Below are positions 1-8,835 of a stretch of DNA of 64,000 nucleotides, piece by piece. The notes beneath the pieces are model-generated. The model saw only the letters and a list, made by a program, of their open reading frames with translations, was not told the DNA's origin and searched no databases. The stretch is from a virus. The translations under genes were made by a program, and so were the position numbers. Where the stretch lies: positions 41,120 to 105,119 of IMG/VR virus record IMGVR_UViG_3300048854_000126; one strand, 5' to 3'. Every line of letters begins with the position of its first letter. Within the stretch, counting starts at the first letter, position 1.

Positions 1-846
1 AAAACCGCGATGCGCATGCTGGACAACGTGATCGACATCAACTTCTACCCAAGCGATCGGGCGAAGACCGCGAACATGCGGCACCGCCCGGTCGGGCTGG
101 GGCTGATGGGCCTGTCGGATCTGCTCGCTCAGCGCGGCATCGACTGGGAGTCGGACGAATGCGTTGAACTGAACGACACCCTGCTGGAGCACCTGTCGTT
201 TGAGGCGATCAATGCTTCGGTGGACCTGGCCATCGAGCGCGGCGCCTACAGCACGTTTGAAGGCTCGAAGTGGTCGCAGGGCATTTTGCCGATCGACACG
301 GCCCGCGACCAGTCGTCGAGCCTTGACTGGAGCGAAACCCGCGAGCGCGTCATGCAGTTCGGCATGCGCAACAGCAACACGATGGCGATTGCTCCGACCG
401 CGACGATCAGCAACATCATCGGGGTGTCGCCGTGTGTCGAGCCGAACTTCGAGCTCTTCCACTCGAAGAAGAACATGGGTGGCAAGTTCCTGGTCATCGC
501 ACCTGCGCTGCGCTACGCCAAACCGGGTCAGAAGGTGAAGACCGCCTTCGAAATCGACCCGATGTGGATCATCAAGGCCGCAGAGCGACGGCAGAAGTGG
601 ATCGACCAGGCCCAGTCCACCAACATCTGGATCAAGGCCGGCACGAAGGGCAAGGTGCTCTCGCAGATTTACATCGAGGCATGGAAGCGCGGTCTGAAAA
701 CGACCTACTACCTGCGCACCGAGTCGGTCACCTCCACGACTGAGGAAGCGCCCGTGACGACGGAAGCGGCTCCGGCGGGTGACGTGATGGAGGCGGAAGT
801 GAACATGTGCTCCATCGACAACCCCGAATGCGAGTCGTGCCAGTAA
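1..846 (+). CDS. nrdA: Class I ribonucleotide reductase alpha subunit, C-terminal part (frame open at window edge)
   Basis: RPVGLGLMGL, MRNS..MAIAPTATIS, GLKTTYY and C-terminal CxxC (CESCQ) motifs. Confidence 0.95.
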   Translation, partial: KTAMRMLDNVIDINFYPSDRAKTANMRHRPVGLGLMGLSDLLAQRGIDWESDECVELNDTLLEHLSFEAINASVDLAIERGAYSTFEGSKWSQGILPIDTARDQSSSLDWSETRERVMQFGMRNSNTMAIAPTATISNIIGVSPCVEPNFELFHSKKNMGGKFLVIAPALRYAKPGQKVKTAFEIDPMWIIKAAERRQKWIDQAQSTNIWIKAGTKGKVLSQIYIEAWKRGLKTTYYLRTESVTSTTEEAPVTTEAAPAGDVMEAEVNMCSIDNPECESCQ

Positions 847-857
847 CCAACTAGGAG

Positions 858-879
858 GGGCCGGGCAACCGGCCCTTTT
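858..879 (+). terminator. Intrinsic terminator-like hairpin after nrdA
   Basis: GGGCCGG-gcaa-CCGGCCC-TTTT. Confidence 0.6.
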
Positions 880-886
880 AACCCTT

Positions 887-1132
887 ATGACCATCATTGA
901 TCTTGCAGCACGCCGCGCCGCGAAGAAGGCTGCGCCCGAACCCTTGCCCGAAGTGCCTGCCGCAACACAGGCCGCGATTGAGCAGAGCGTCGCGCAGTTC
1001 GGCTTTGCCCACTCGCTAGTCGGTCAGACCTTGCGGTTCTATGCCAATCAGGGCTTCGACCACGGGCAGCGCGCACACGAGGCGCTCACCGCCATGAACC
1101 AAACACTCGCATTGACACCCGAGGCATCGTAA
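887..1132 (+). CDS. Hypothetical protein
   Basis: 81-aa ORF; stop overlaps nrdB start (TAATG). Confidence 0.75.
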   Translation: MTIIDLAARRAAKKAAPEPLPEVPAATQAAIEQSVAQFGFAHSLVGQTLRFYANQGFDHGQRAHEALTAMNQTLALTPEAS

Positions 1133-2124
1133 TGACGAACTACGCGCAGATTATCAACGACCGCCGACTCGCGTTCGGCCCACGCAGCGACCTGATGGCG
1201 ATCTCTCCCGCGAAGCACAAGTGGGCGCGCGACATGTGGAAGCGCATGAAGAGCAACAACTGGGACTTGCACGAGACGGACCTGACCGAAGACGGCCCGT
1301 GCTACCGCACCCGCCTGACGGACGGCGAGCGCTTCGCCTACGACAGCGCGCTCTCGTTCGCATCGAACCTCGACGGCATTCAGCTGCACAGCCTGTCCAA
1401 TATCGAGGCGTGCATTACCTCGCCGGAAGTCGAGATGTGCATTAAGCGCCAGATGTATGAGGAGGCGCTGCACGTCGATGCCTATAGCGAAATGGTCGAG
1501 ACAGTATCCGCGGACCCGATGGCCGTCTACATGCGGTTCGAGCAAGACGGAATGCTCGCAGCAAAGAACGAGCACATCCTTGCCCAGTCGCGCATTCTTG
1601 CGGGTGACAAGACGCCCGCGCAGTTCGCCCGCTCGATCGTCGCCAACATCGCCCTTGAGGGCATCTATTTCTACAGCGCGTTCCTGGTGTTCTATGCGCT
1701 TGCGCGCAACGGGAAGATGACCGGCTCGGCCGACAGCGTGAAGCTGATCCATCGCGACGAGCGCACGCATCTGGACCTGTTCAAGAAGATGCACGAGACG
1801 AACAAGGCAGAGCGCCCGGAGCTCTACGACGCGCAGTTCTATCGCGACGCCGAATTCCTGCTGCGCGATGCGGTGGACCTCGAGTCGAAGTGGGGTGGCT
1901 ACATCGTCAGCAAGGGCATGCTGGGGCTCACAGCGCCGATCGTCACGGGATTCCTGCAGGCGACTGCGAACGAACGCGCCGTCGAGATCGGGTTGCCGGT
2001 GCTTTACCCGGGCGTGAAGTCGCCGGTGCCGTGGTTCAAACCGTTCTCGGAAGGGGAGGAGGCTAACTTCTTCGAAGCCAAGGTCGGTGACTACGCGGTG
2101 GGCACGCTCGACGACTGGGATTAA
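1132..2124 (+). CDS. nrdB: Ribonucleotide reductase beta subunit (di-metal, tyrosyl radical)
   Basis: EALHVDAY, EGIYFYSAF, DERTH and NFFE..V.DY motifs. Confidence 0.95.
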   Translation: MTNYAQIINDRRLAFGPRSDLMAISPAKHKWARDMWKRMKSNNWDLHETDLTEDGPCYRTRLTDGERFAYDSALSFASNLDGIQLHSLSNIEACITSPEVEMCIKRQMYEEALHVDAYSEMVETVSADPMAVYMRFEQDGMLAAKNEHILAQSRILAGDKTPAQFARSIVANIALEGIYFYSAFLVFYALARNGKMTGSADSVKLIHRDERTHLDLFKKMHETNKAERPELYDAQFYRDAEFLLRDAVDLESKWGGYIVSKGMLGLTAPIVTGFLQATANERAVEIGLPVLYPGVKSPVPWFKPFSEGEEANFFEAKVGDYAVGTLDDWD

Positions 2125-2138
2125 TTGGACGTTAAGTA

Positions 2139-2156
2139 ATAGTAACGAGTGACTAT
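2139..2156. promoter_or_regulatory. Operator copy
   Basis: ATAGTAA-cgag-TGACTAT, overlapping TATACT. Confidence 0.8.
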
Positions 2157-2207
2157 ACTATGACTTAACCGCCCGATTTCGACCGGGCGTTATCTGAGGG
2201 AGCAACG

Positions 2208-2399
2208 ATGAAGAGGAACCTGCTGTGCCTTTTGGGCGTGGCCGTGCTGACGGTGTTCGCCACGGTGGTGACCGGCTCATACCGGAATGACGCCGTAGCA
2301 GCGTCGGTCGTGATCCCGCCGCACGTGCCCGTCACGCAGTCGGCACCGATGGTCCCGGTGCCGCGCGCCAACACATACGTGTATCGACCAGCGCATTAG
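2208..2399 (+). CDS. Small protein with signal or TM segment
   Basis: GAGGG RBS; hydrophobic N-terminus. Confidence 0.65.
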   Translation: MKRNLLCLLGVAVLTVFATVVTGSYRNDAVAASVVIPPHVPVTQSAPMVPVPRANTYVYRPAH

Positions 2400-2460
2400 T
2401 CGCGCCATGAGTCGGTGTTGAGATTTGAGGTCGGGCATCGCGCCCGACTGAATCAGAGAA

Positions 2461-2668
2461 GTCATTGAAGCCGCGCCGCAAGCAAATCCCCGGTAGTGCC
2501 CGCGTGACCGGATAAACGCGCACAAATGAAAGGGTAGTAGCTGGGCGGGCCTAGCAAACGCAGACGGTGAACACGTAGAAGCTGAACCTACGCTCTCCCG
2601 CGGTCCTTGTGACCGGCATCGTATATCTGCGATGGCGCCGGATCGTTCCCGGCAGCGGCCTCAATGAC
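2461..2668 (+). ncRNA. Candidate structured non-coding RNA (~210 nt)
   Basis: 2461-2474 pairs with 2655-2668 (13/14 bp) and encloses at least five hairpins; T-run follows; strand inferred. Confidence 0.55.
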
Positions 2669-2689
2669 GTCTTTTTACGAGGAGAACCC

Positions 2690-3751
2690 ATGATCGAACT
2701 GAACGGAAAGGGCTGTCGCGTGCGCGTGATCGCCGACAGCATCGCAAATTTGCCCAATAACAAGGCGCGGATTAGCACGTTGGAGCTGCGCTACTGGCGT
2801 GCGATCCATGCCGAAGCAAAAACCCACCGCATCATCTCGCTGGGTGGCGAGGAATACGCGCTCACACAGGACGAGAGCATCATGAGTGCCACCGAGCTCT
2901 CGCGCAACGCCAGCTCGTCCCGGGCTATCCCGGTTGCCAAGATGATCGAGCAGGTCCGGAATGACCCGGCCGGCCCGATTCATTGGGGCGCAAACCAGCC
3001 TGGCATGCAGGCACAGGCAGAAGCTTCCGAGCGCGTCGTGCTGGAAGAGTATGAGCAGTTCGACAACCCATCGGACCAGCCGCTGCATCTGCTCGGCGCG
3101 GTTGAATACACCCCGCAAGAGGCGTGGCGTCAAGCTGCGTATCGCGCGGCCGACGTCGCTGAAGCCTACATGAAGGCCGGCTACCACAAGCAGGTGGTTA
3201 ATCGGTTGCTCGAGCCGTTCCAATACATCAGCGTGATCGTCACAGCAACGGAATGGGACAACTTCTTCGCGCTTCGCGATCACGCCGACGCCCAGCCTGA
3301 GATCGCGGACCTCGCACGGACCATGAAGGCGGCGTTGGCCAAGTCCACGCCGATCAAGCGCAATAACGACCGGGGCGACCCCAACAGCTGGCACTTGCCG
3401 TATGTGCTCGACAGCGAGCGCAAGCGCTATCGCGTGGACGTGTTGCAGGCCCTCTCGACGGCCCGTAACGCCCGCGTGTCGTATCTCACCCATGACGGGG
3501 CAGAGCCGCGTCCGGAGAAGGACCTGGAGCTCTACGAACGTCTGGTCGGCGCAGAGCCGCTGCACGCGAGCCCGACCGAACACATCGCGGCACCGCTCGC
3601 GCGCGGCGACGAGCAGCACAAGAACTTCAAGGGCTGGCACCAGTATCGCGGTGACGTGGAGATTCGCATCGCCCGCGCAAAGAAGTCCGCGCCGACGTTC
3701 TACTTCGACACCTATCGGCCTGAAGAAGCGCCGTTCGCAGTTCGCGCGTAA
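2690..3751 (+). CDS. thyX: ThyX-like flavin-dependent thymidylate synthase (phage type)
   Basis: HAE..THR...SRNASSSRAIP, HKQVVNRLLEPF, NFFALR..DAQPEI, HASPTEH motifs; GAGGAG RBS before ATG 2690. Confidence 0.85.
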   Translation: MIELNGKGCRVRVIADSIANLPNNKARISTLELRYWRAIHAEAKTHRIISLGGEEYALTQDESIMSATELSRNASSSRAIPVAKMIEQVRNDPAGPIHWGANQPGMQAQAEASERVVLEEYEQFDNPSDQPLHLLGAVEYTPQEAWRQAAYRAADVAEAYMKAGYHKQVVNRLLEPFQYISVIVTATEWDNFFALRDHADAQPEIADLARTMKAALAKSTPIKRNNDRGDPNSWHLPYVLDSERKRYRVDVLQALSTARNARVSYLTHDGAEPRPEKDLELYERLVGAEPLHASPTEHIAAPLARGDEQHKNFKGWHQYRGDVEIRIARAKKSAPTFYFDTYRPEEAPFAVRA

Positions 3752-3776
3752 CAAGCAAGCTGCCTGACTATAATAA

Positions 3777-3794
3777 ATAGTAAGCAGTGACCTA
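3777..3794. promoter_or_regulatory. Operator copy
   Basis: ATAGTAA-gcag-TGACCTA, just after TATAAT at 3769. Confidence 0.75.
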
Positions 3795-3822
3795 TATACA
3801 GCAGTCTTAACGAGGAGTTTTC

Positions 3823-4500
3823 ATGACGAAAGTAGCAAACACGATGGATTCAACGACCTACGCTCGCGCGGTTCTCGAAACGGAATCGAAACCGAAATCG
3901 ATCAACTTCGGACCCATGACGCTCGCGCTGGCGTTGCAGCTGGCGATCGAGACGAGCAAGGTGCTGGATCAGGTCAAGCGGGCGATCTACTACGGCAAGG
4001 ATATCGACCAGAAAATCGCCATGGGCGCACTGGAAACGATCGCCAAGCTCTCGAATGACATCGCGTTCCCGGTCGGCAGCGGTCGCTATCGCGACCCGCG
4101 CGATGCCGACTTCTACCCGAATGTGGCGCAGGAGAGCCGTCAAAACATTTCCCTGGATGCGCTGAACGTTCGCCTGTTGCACGCGGCCCTCGGCTTGCAG
4201 ACCGAATCGGGCGAGTTCATCGAAGCGCTGATGCCGACGCTGTTCGGCGGCCCGCTCGACAAGGTGAACCTGCTGGAAGAACTGGGCGATGGCCCGGGCT
4301 GGTATGCGGAAGTGGCGCTCGATGAGCTCGGCTTCACCCGCGAGCAGTGCAACTTCACGAATATCAAGAAGCTGCAGGACAAGAGGAACGGCCGCTACAA
4401 GAAGGGTGCATTCGATCCGAACGCTGCCGTCCAGCGTGACACGGCCGCCGAGCGTGGTCTGTTGGAAGACGGCGCGTCCAGCGAGCGCAAGGCTGCCTGA
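3823..4500 (+). CDS. MazG-like NTP pyrophosphohydrolase
   Basis: LHAALGLQTESGE...EELGD..WY and N..KL..RY motifs. Confidence 0.8.
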   Translation: MTKVANTMDSTTYARAVLETESKPKSINFGPMTLALALQLAIETSKVLDQVKRAIYYGKDIDQKIAMGALETIAKLSNDIAFPVGSGRYRDPRDADFYPNVAQESRQNISLDALNVRLLHAALGLQTESGEFIEALMPTLFGGPLDKVNLLEELGDGPGWYAEVALDELGFTREQCNFTNIKKLQDKRNGRYKKGAFDPNAAVQRDTAAERGLLEDGASSERKAA

Positions 4501-5126
4501 TGCTTGGCCTCTGCGGACCCCACCGAACGGGAAAGAGCACGCTCGCAAAGGCGTTCGCAGAAGCTACCGGCACACGGTATGTGCAAACCGGGGCTTCCGC
4601 AACGTTCGCGCGACTCGGTTTCGACCCGAAGAAGGACTACGACTTCGCGACGCGGCTCAAGATCCAGCGCGAGATTCTGCGTGACTGCAATGCGCTCTAC
4701 GAGAAGGCAGGGGTGCGGTTCATTACTGATCGCACGCCGATCGACTTGCTGGGCTATACGCTCGCTGACGTGACGCGCGAAAACGTCCCGCTTGCGCTCG
4801 CGGCCGGTCTGGATAGCTACATCGCCGAGTGCTACGCGTGTGTGAACCAGCATTTCACCACGCTGGTCCTGGTCCAGCCCGGTATTCCGCTGGTCGAGGC
4901 GGAAGGGAAGGCTCCGGCCAACCCTGCCTACATCGAGCACTTGAACGCCCTGATGCTGGGCTTGATGGCAGCCGAGCCGCTCGAGTGCGACCACTACAAG
5001 ATTCCTCGTGCCTGCATTGACCTGGATCTTCGAGTGGCGGCGGTCGGGCAAGCGGCGAGCCGGTCTGCGTCACGCCATGTGGCGTCGATGGCAGCGGCGC
5101 ACGAAGCAGGGCTTGTGCTGCATTAA
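4500..5126 (+). CDS. P-loop nucleotide kinase-like ATPase
   Basis: N-terminal GPHRTGKST Walker A; DRTPID motif. Confidence 0.75.
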   Translation: MLGLCGPHRTGKSTLAKAFAEATGTRYVQTGASATFARLGFDPKKDYDFATRLKIQREILRDCNALYEKAGVRFITDRTPIDLLGYTLADVTRENVPLALAAGLDSYIAECYACVNQHFTTLVLVQPGIPLVEAEGKAPANPAYIEHLNALMLGLMAAEPLECDHYKIPRACIDLDLRVAAVGQAASRSASRHVASMAAAHEAGLVLH

Positions 5127-5141
5127 ATCCGTAGGATAAAA

Positions 5142-5159
5142 TAAGTCATCGCTGACTAT
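5142..5159. promoter_or_regulatory. Operator copy
   Basis: TAAGTCA-tcgc-TGACTAT. Confidence 0.75.
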
Positions 5160-5231
5160 TGCCGATAAGAGAGAACTACACTTCAAGGTGTCGGTTCTCT
5201 CTTTAAATTCAATTACATACAGGACGTCACC

Positions 5232-5852
5232 ATGACGACAAACGTAAAGCTGAGCAATCATGCCCGCGACCGTATCATCGAAAACGCCTTGCGTGGCGCA
5301 TTCGATAAGGAAACGCAGGCGCACAAGAAGCGCATGGTCAAACTCGCCGACCAGTGCTACCGCTTCGTCGTAACCGCGGCACAGGAAAAGCAAGCGCGCT
5401 TGGCGCCGGACGATTTCCTGAACCTGTCCAACGTAACGAAGATTTACTTTAAAGACCCCGTGACCGGTTATAACCGCGACACCGTATATGAGACGGACCT
5501 TTCACGCGCGGTGCCTTTTCCAGGGCGCGGCAACTATCTGAACGTCAATGACGATGCATTGCACGCGGAATACCGGGCAATCATGGAAGCGAAATCCAAC
5601 CTGGACAACAAACTCGGCGAGCTGAAGACGAGCCTCAAGCGCACGGTCTATTCGACGACATCGCTCAAGAAGCTGATCGAGATGTGGCCCGAGGTCGAAG
5701 CGTTCCTGCCGGCTGACCTTACCGCGCCGAAGGCAATGCTGCCCGCTCTGCCAGTCGGTGACCTGAACGCAGCACTTCGTAACGCCGGCATCAAGGTCGG
5801 CGTTATAAAGCCCGCGAAAGCAACGGGCGGCTTAGTTCTCGTCGCAGCATGA
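5232..5852 (+). CDS. Nmad5-like (nucleotide modification associated domain 5) protein
   Basis: L....RD.I N-terminus; TSLKKLIEMWPE...LP...LPAL C-terminal signature. Confidence 0.6.
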   Translation: MTTNVKLSNHARDRIIENALRGAFDKETQAHKKRMVKLADQCYRFVVTAAQEKQARLAPDDFLNLSNVTKIYFKDPVTGYNRDTVYETDLSRAVPFPGRGNYLNVNDDALHAEYRAIMEAKSNLDNKLGELKTSLKRTVYSTTSLKKLIEMWPEVEAFLPADLTAPKAMLPALPVGDLNAALRNAGIKVGVIKPAKATGGLVLVAA

Positions 5853-6313
5853 CACCCGAACAACTCGACGCGCTTCAGGCGCTGGAAAGCGAACCCCCGA
5901 GCATGCGTGAGGAGCTCGAGCGCAAGGTCGCCGAAGAGATCGAGCGTGTCTATCTGGCCGCACGCGCCGGGAAGATCACCTCGTATGGCTACCACCAGGC
6001 TTTGCAAGGGCTCTGGGGCGGCGTAGCGGGGCTCGTGAGCCGGGAGTCGATGGAGATCATCACCGCGTCCCAGAAAGAGTTTCCGGGTGGCCTCACGGAG
6101 AAACGACGCGCCGCGTTCATTCTCGGCGAAGTCACCGCTGTGGTGTCGTGGGAAGTGGGCACCACCACGATCGAGACGGCACTCAAAAAGCCGGGTTCGC
6201 CCGCAGTTGTCCAGAAGACAAAGATGGAAGACGACTCGGCCGCGTCCGCGCTCGTTCACTTCCTCAAAACCACGAAACGTTTCCGCGACATGCCGGGTGC
6301 GCAAGAAGTGTGA
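5849..6313 (+). CDS. Hypothetical protein
   Basis: ATGA overlap with upstream gene; phage-like codon use. Confidence 0.8.
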   Translation: MTPEQLDALQALESEPPSMREELERKVAEEIERVYLAARAGKITSYGYHQALQGLWGGVAGLVSRESMEIITASQKEFPGGLTEKRRAAFILGEVTAVVSWEVGTTTIETALKKPGSPAVVQKTKMEDDSAASALVHFLKTTKRFRDMPGAQEV

Positions 6314-6341
6314 TTCCGAGCTTTTTGCGTGACTATACTAA

Positions 6342-6359
6342 ATAGTAACCCGTGACTTA
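6342..6359. promoter_or_regulatory. Operator copy
   Basis: ATAGTAA-cccg-TGACTTA, preceded by a half-site with TATACT. Confidence 0.8.
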
Positions 6360-6379
6360 TTAACAACATTTGAGGGACC

Positions 6380-6844
6380 ATGAGCACCATTTCAGCCATT
6401 CGACTCGACGTCGCCAATCTCGTGAAACGCGCAAACGAAATCCAGATCGTGCGCGATGAAGACTTGCTCTACACGATCCTGGGCGAGTTGCAGAACAAGA
6501 GCGACGACCAGAAACAGGCGATCTTCGCGCAGTCCCGCAAGGGCGGTGGGGTAGTCCTCTTCGAGAGCGCGAACTTCCCCGGCAACATCGTTGAATACAT
6601 TCCCGGCGTGCTGGAAACGGACAGCATCTCGTGTCTGTTCAAGCCGCACGCGGCGCTGGCGAGCGCCGGCACGCTGCTGAAGCTGCGCGAAGAGCTCGTT
6701 TCCGAGATTGAGCGTGTGAACGACGCTGCACCCGGCAACCTGCGCAAGCAAGACCCGGCCCGCAACCGCGCCGTGCTGCTCATCGAGATGTCCACGCTGC
6801 AGCTGGCTGACACGCTCGCCGAAACCGGCCGCGTGAAGCTGTAA
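6380..6844 (+). CDS. Hypothetical protein
   Basis: GAGGG RBS; 154-aa ORF. Confidence 0.8.
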   Translation: MSTISAIRLDVANLVKRANEIQIVRDEDLLYTILGELQNKSDDQKQAIFAQSRKGGGVVLFESANFPGNIVEYIPGVLETDSISCLFKPHAALASAGTLLKLREELVSEIERVNDAAPGNLRKQDPARNRAVLLIEMSTLQLADTLAETGRVKL

Positions 6845-6913
6845 AGCCTCAAAACCTAAAGATCCCCGCCAGCGGGGAACCCCTTTTTCGTTACCTATAA
6901 GGATCTACCACTC

Positions 6914-7216
6914 ATGACCGCCGCACTGAAGCGCATCGTTGTCGCCTCCTACCAGACCACCGATGGCAAAACCTTCGACAAGAAGGAAGACGCCACCAAG
7001 CACCAGGCGGCGCTGGCCCGTCAAGCCAAGATCGAAGAGCTCGTTGCTGGTCAGTTCCAGCACAGCCCGGACTCGCAGCGCTATCTCGACGCGGCCACGG
7101 TCGGCGACGTCGCGCTCTTCATCATCGAAAACGCGGACGCACTGCGCGAGATCCTCCCGAAGCGCGCGAAGTCGGCCGAGCCGGCGGAGGCAGTCGCATC
7201 GCTCGCTGCCGCGTAA
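6914..7216 (+). CDS. Hypothetical phage protein
   Basis: YQTTDGKTF....A..H motif common in phage early proteins. Confidence 0.8.
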   Translation: MTAALKRIVVASYQTTDGKTFDKKEDATKHQAALARQAKIEELVAGQFQHSPDSQRYLDAATVGDVALFIIENADALREILPKRAKSAEPAEAVASLAAA

Positions 7217-7226
7217 CACCCGATGT

Positions 7227-7260
7227 ATCCACCCGACCGCCGATGCGCGGTCGGGAGAAT
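7227..7260 (+). promoter_or_regulatory. Hairpin-spacer element A
   Basis: ATCC-N24-GAGAAT; stem CCCGACCGC/GCGGTCGGG. Confidence 0.65.
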
Positions 7261-7301
7261 GACTCAATCGGTTGCACGACAACCATCATCGCGAGCACAT
7301 C

Positions 7302-7712
7302 ATGCCGACACCAAATTTTGAATTGCTTAAAGACGCCTACGCGATCATCGACGGCATCCCGGACGAGAACGTCAACCTTAATAGCTGGCGCAGAACCGAT
7401 CGCGGTGCCACATGCGGGACGATTGCCTGCGCCGCCGGTTGGCTCTCGCTGCACCCGCAGTTCAAGGCGCTCGGCCTGAGATACGACAAGGGTGGGGAAA
7501 ACATCGTTTTGGACCAAAGTGTTCACTCCGGCTGGGACGCACTCGCACAAGTGTTTTCGCTAACAAATAGCGATGCGCAACACCTCTTCAAAGGTGCTTA
7601 CCTTGAACCTGTCCACACACATCGTGAGATATTCCTCGAGCGCGTGCGGACCTTTCTGTCCGATCATGGTCAGTTGAAAGAGCAACTCGCCGAGGTGCAG
7701 CATGCGTCCTAA
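7302..7712 (+). CDS. Hypothetical protein, paralog 1 (CGTIACAAGW family)
   Basis: N-terminal half similar to the next gene. Confidence 0.85.
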   Translation: MPTPNFELLKDAYAIIDGIPDENVNLNSWRRTDRGATCGTIACAAGWLSLHPQFKALGLRYDKGGENIVLDQSVHSGWDALAQVFSLTNSDAQHLFKGAYLEPVHTHREIFLERVRTFLSDHGQLKEQLAEVQHAS

Positions 7713-8148
7713 TTTCGAGCGTCTGCGCGACGCGTTCGCCATCATCGACGGGATTCCGAAGAAGGCATTCGATCTCGATATGTGGGTGTCACAACGCGGC
7801 AAAAACAAATCGTGCGGCACGATTGCATGTGCTGCGGGTTGGCTCGCAATGCACCCAAAGATGAATGGATTCGGGCTGACGAACAGCATGGGTGGCGCAC
7901 CAGAATTCAAGGGATTAACCAGCTTCGCCGCACTGCGAGAGTTTTTCCACCTCAATTACCGTGAGGGTGATTTGTTCGAGGCGGCCGGGTCCGGCTATGC
8001 GGACAACGAGCTCCCGAAACACGTCCGTGTTGCGCTGTCTGACAAACAGTTGTGGAAGCGCCGCGTGCTACGTTTGTTCCAGGCATACAACGAGCCGTTC
8101 GACCCAAAGGTTGGCGAGGGCCTGCTGCTGGACGTCAGGGGCGCCTGA
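7702..8148 (+). CDS. Hypothetical protein, paralog 2 (CGTIACAAGW family)
   Basis: Shares PNFE.L.DA.AIIDGIP...CGTIACAAGWL..HP with the previous gene. Confidence 0.85.
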   Translation: MRPNFERLRDAFAIIDGIPKKAFDLDMWVSQRGKNKSCGTIACAAGWLAMHPKMNGFGLTNSMGGAPEFKGLTSFAALREFFHLNYREGDLFEAAGSGYADNELPKHVRVALSDKQLWKRRVLRLFQAYNEPFDPKVGEGLLLDVRGA

Positions 8149-8149
8149 T

Positions 8150-8611
8150 ATGACAGCGCTCCACATTCCCCACCTTGGCGCCGCGCTGACTCTTGCGGAG
8201 GATTGGACGTTCCGGCTGTTCGAAGAGCACCGGAATTCCCCGCTGATCGAGGCGGTCGGCATTACGCACGCATACCGGCTGCTGCCGGACTTCTGGAGCG
8301 GGCCGAGCGCCACGCGTCAAGAGGCAATAGCAAAGTCAAAGTGGCGCCTGGCTGATGGCTCGATACCGACATTTGCTGATCGGTATCTGAGCGGCGACCT
8401 TCAGCATCCTTTGACGCTGCCCGCCGGCGCGCTCCTCACAATCGATCGCATCTTCATTCGCAAGGGCGCCGCCCACTTCGATAGCGTGACGTTCTGGCTG
8501 AAAGCGAAGCAGGTGCCCATCACGATCAACGGCCGGCTGGTGAAGAAGAGCGCGCGCTTCTGGGCGAAGCTGGATGACGTGAACACGATCCAGTTCGTGG
8601 AGGGCGAATGA
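8150..8611 (+). CDS. Hypothetical phage protein
   Basis: ATG 8150 directly after upstream stop; LTIDRIFIRKG..FDSVTF...RFWAKL motif. Confidence 0.8.
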   Translation: MTALHIPHLGAALTLAEDWTFRLFEEHRNSPLIEAVGITHAYRLLPDFWSGPSATRQEAIAKSKWRLADGSIPTFADRYLSGDLQHPLTLPAGALLTIDRIFIRKGAAHFDSVTFWLKAKQVPITINGRLVKKSARFWAKLDDVNTIQFVEGE

Positions 8612-8835
8612 ACACCAAGCCCACAATAGGGCAGCGCGTCTGCCTGAACAACACAGGATACGACCGCTTGTGGCTACGCTCTAGGGAAGCCATCAAGCAA
8701 TCACAAAACATGAGGATCACGGACGTCGAGAACATCAACGCCGGAACGGGTTCCGAGCCGATCTGGATGATCGAGGTCGATCAGCCGCTGATCGACTTCT
8801 TCCTGCTCGATTCCTCAATGGTCGATCCGATTTAG
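8608..8835 (+). CDS. Hypothetical protein
   Basis: ATGA overlap; GGAG RBS. Confidence 0.7.
   Translation: MNTKPTIGQRVCLNNTGYDRLWLRSREAIKQSQNMRITDVENINAGTGSEPIWMIEVDQPLIDFFLLDSSMVDPI

Noticed and set aside
2461-2668. Retron msr-msd interpretation of the structured RNA
   Set aside because: No reverse transcriptase in the window and no long msd hairpin; kept only as an unassigned ncRNA candidate.
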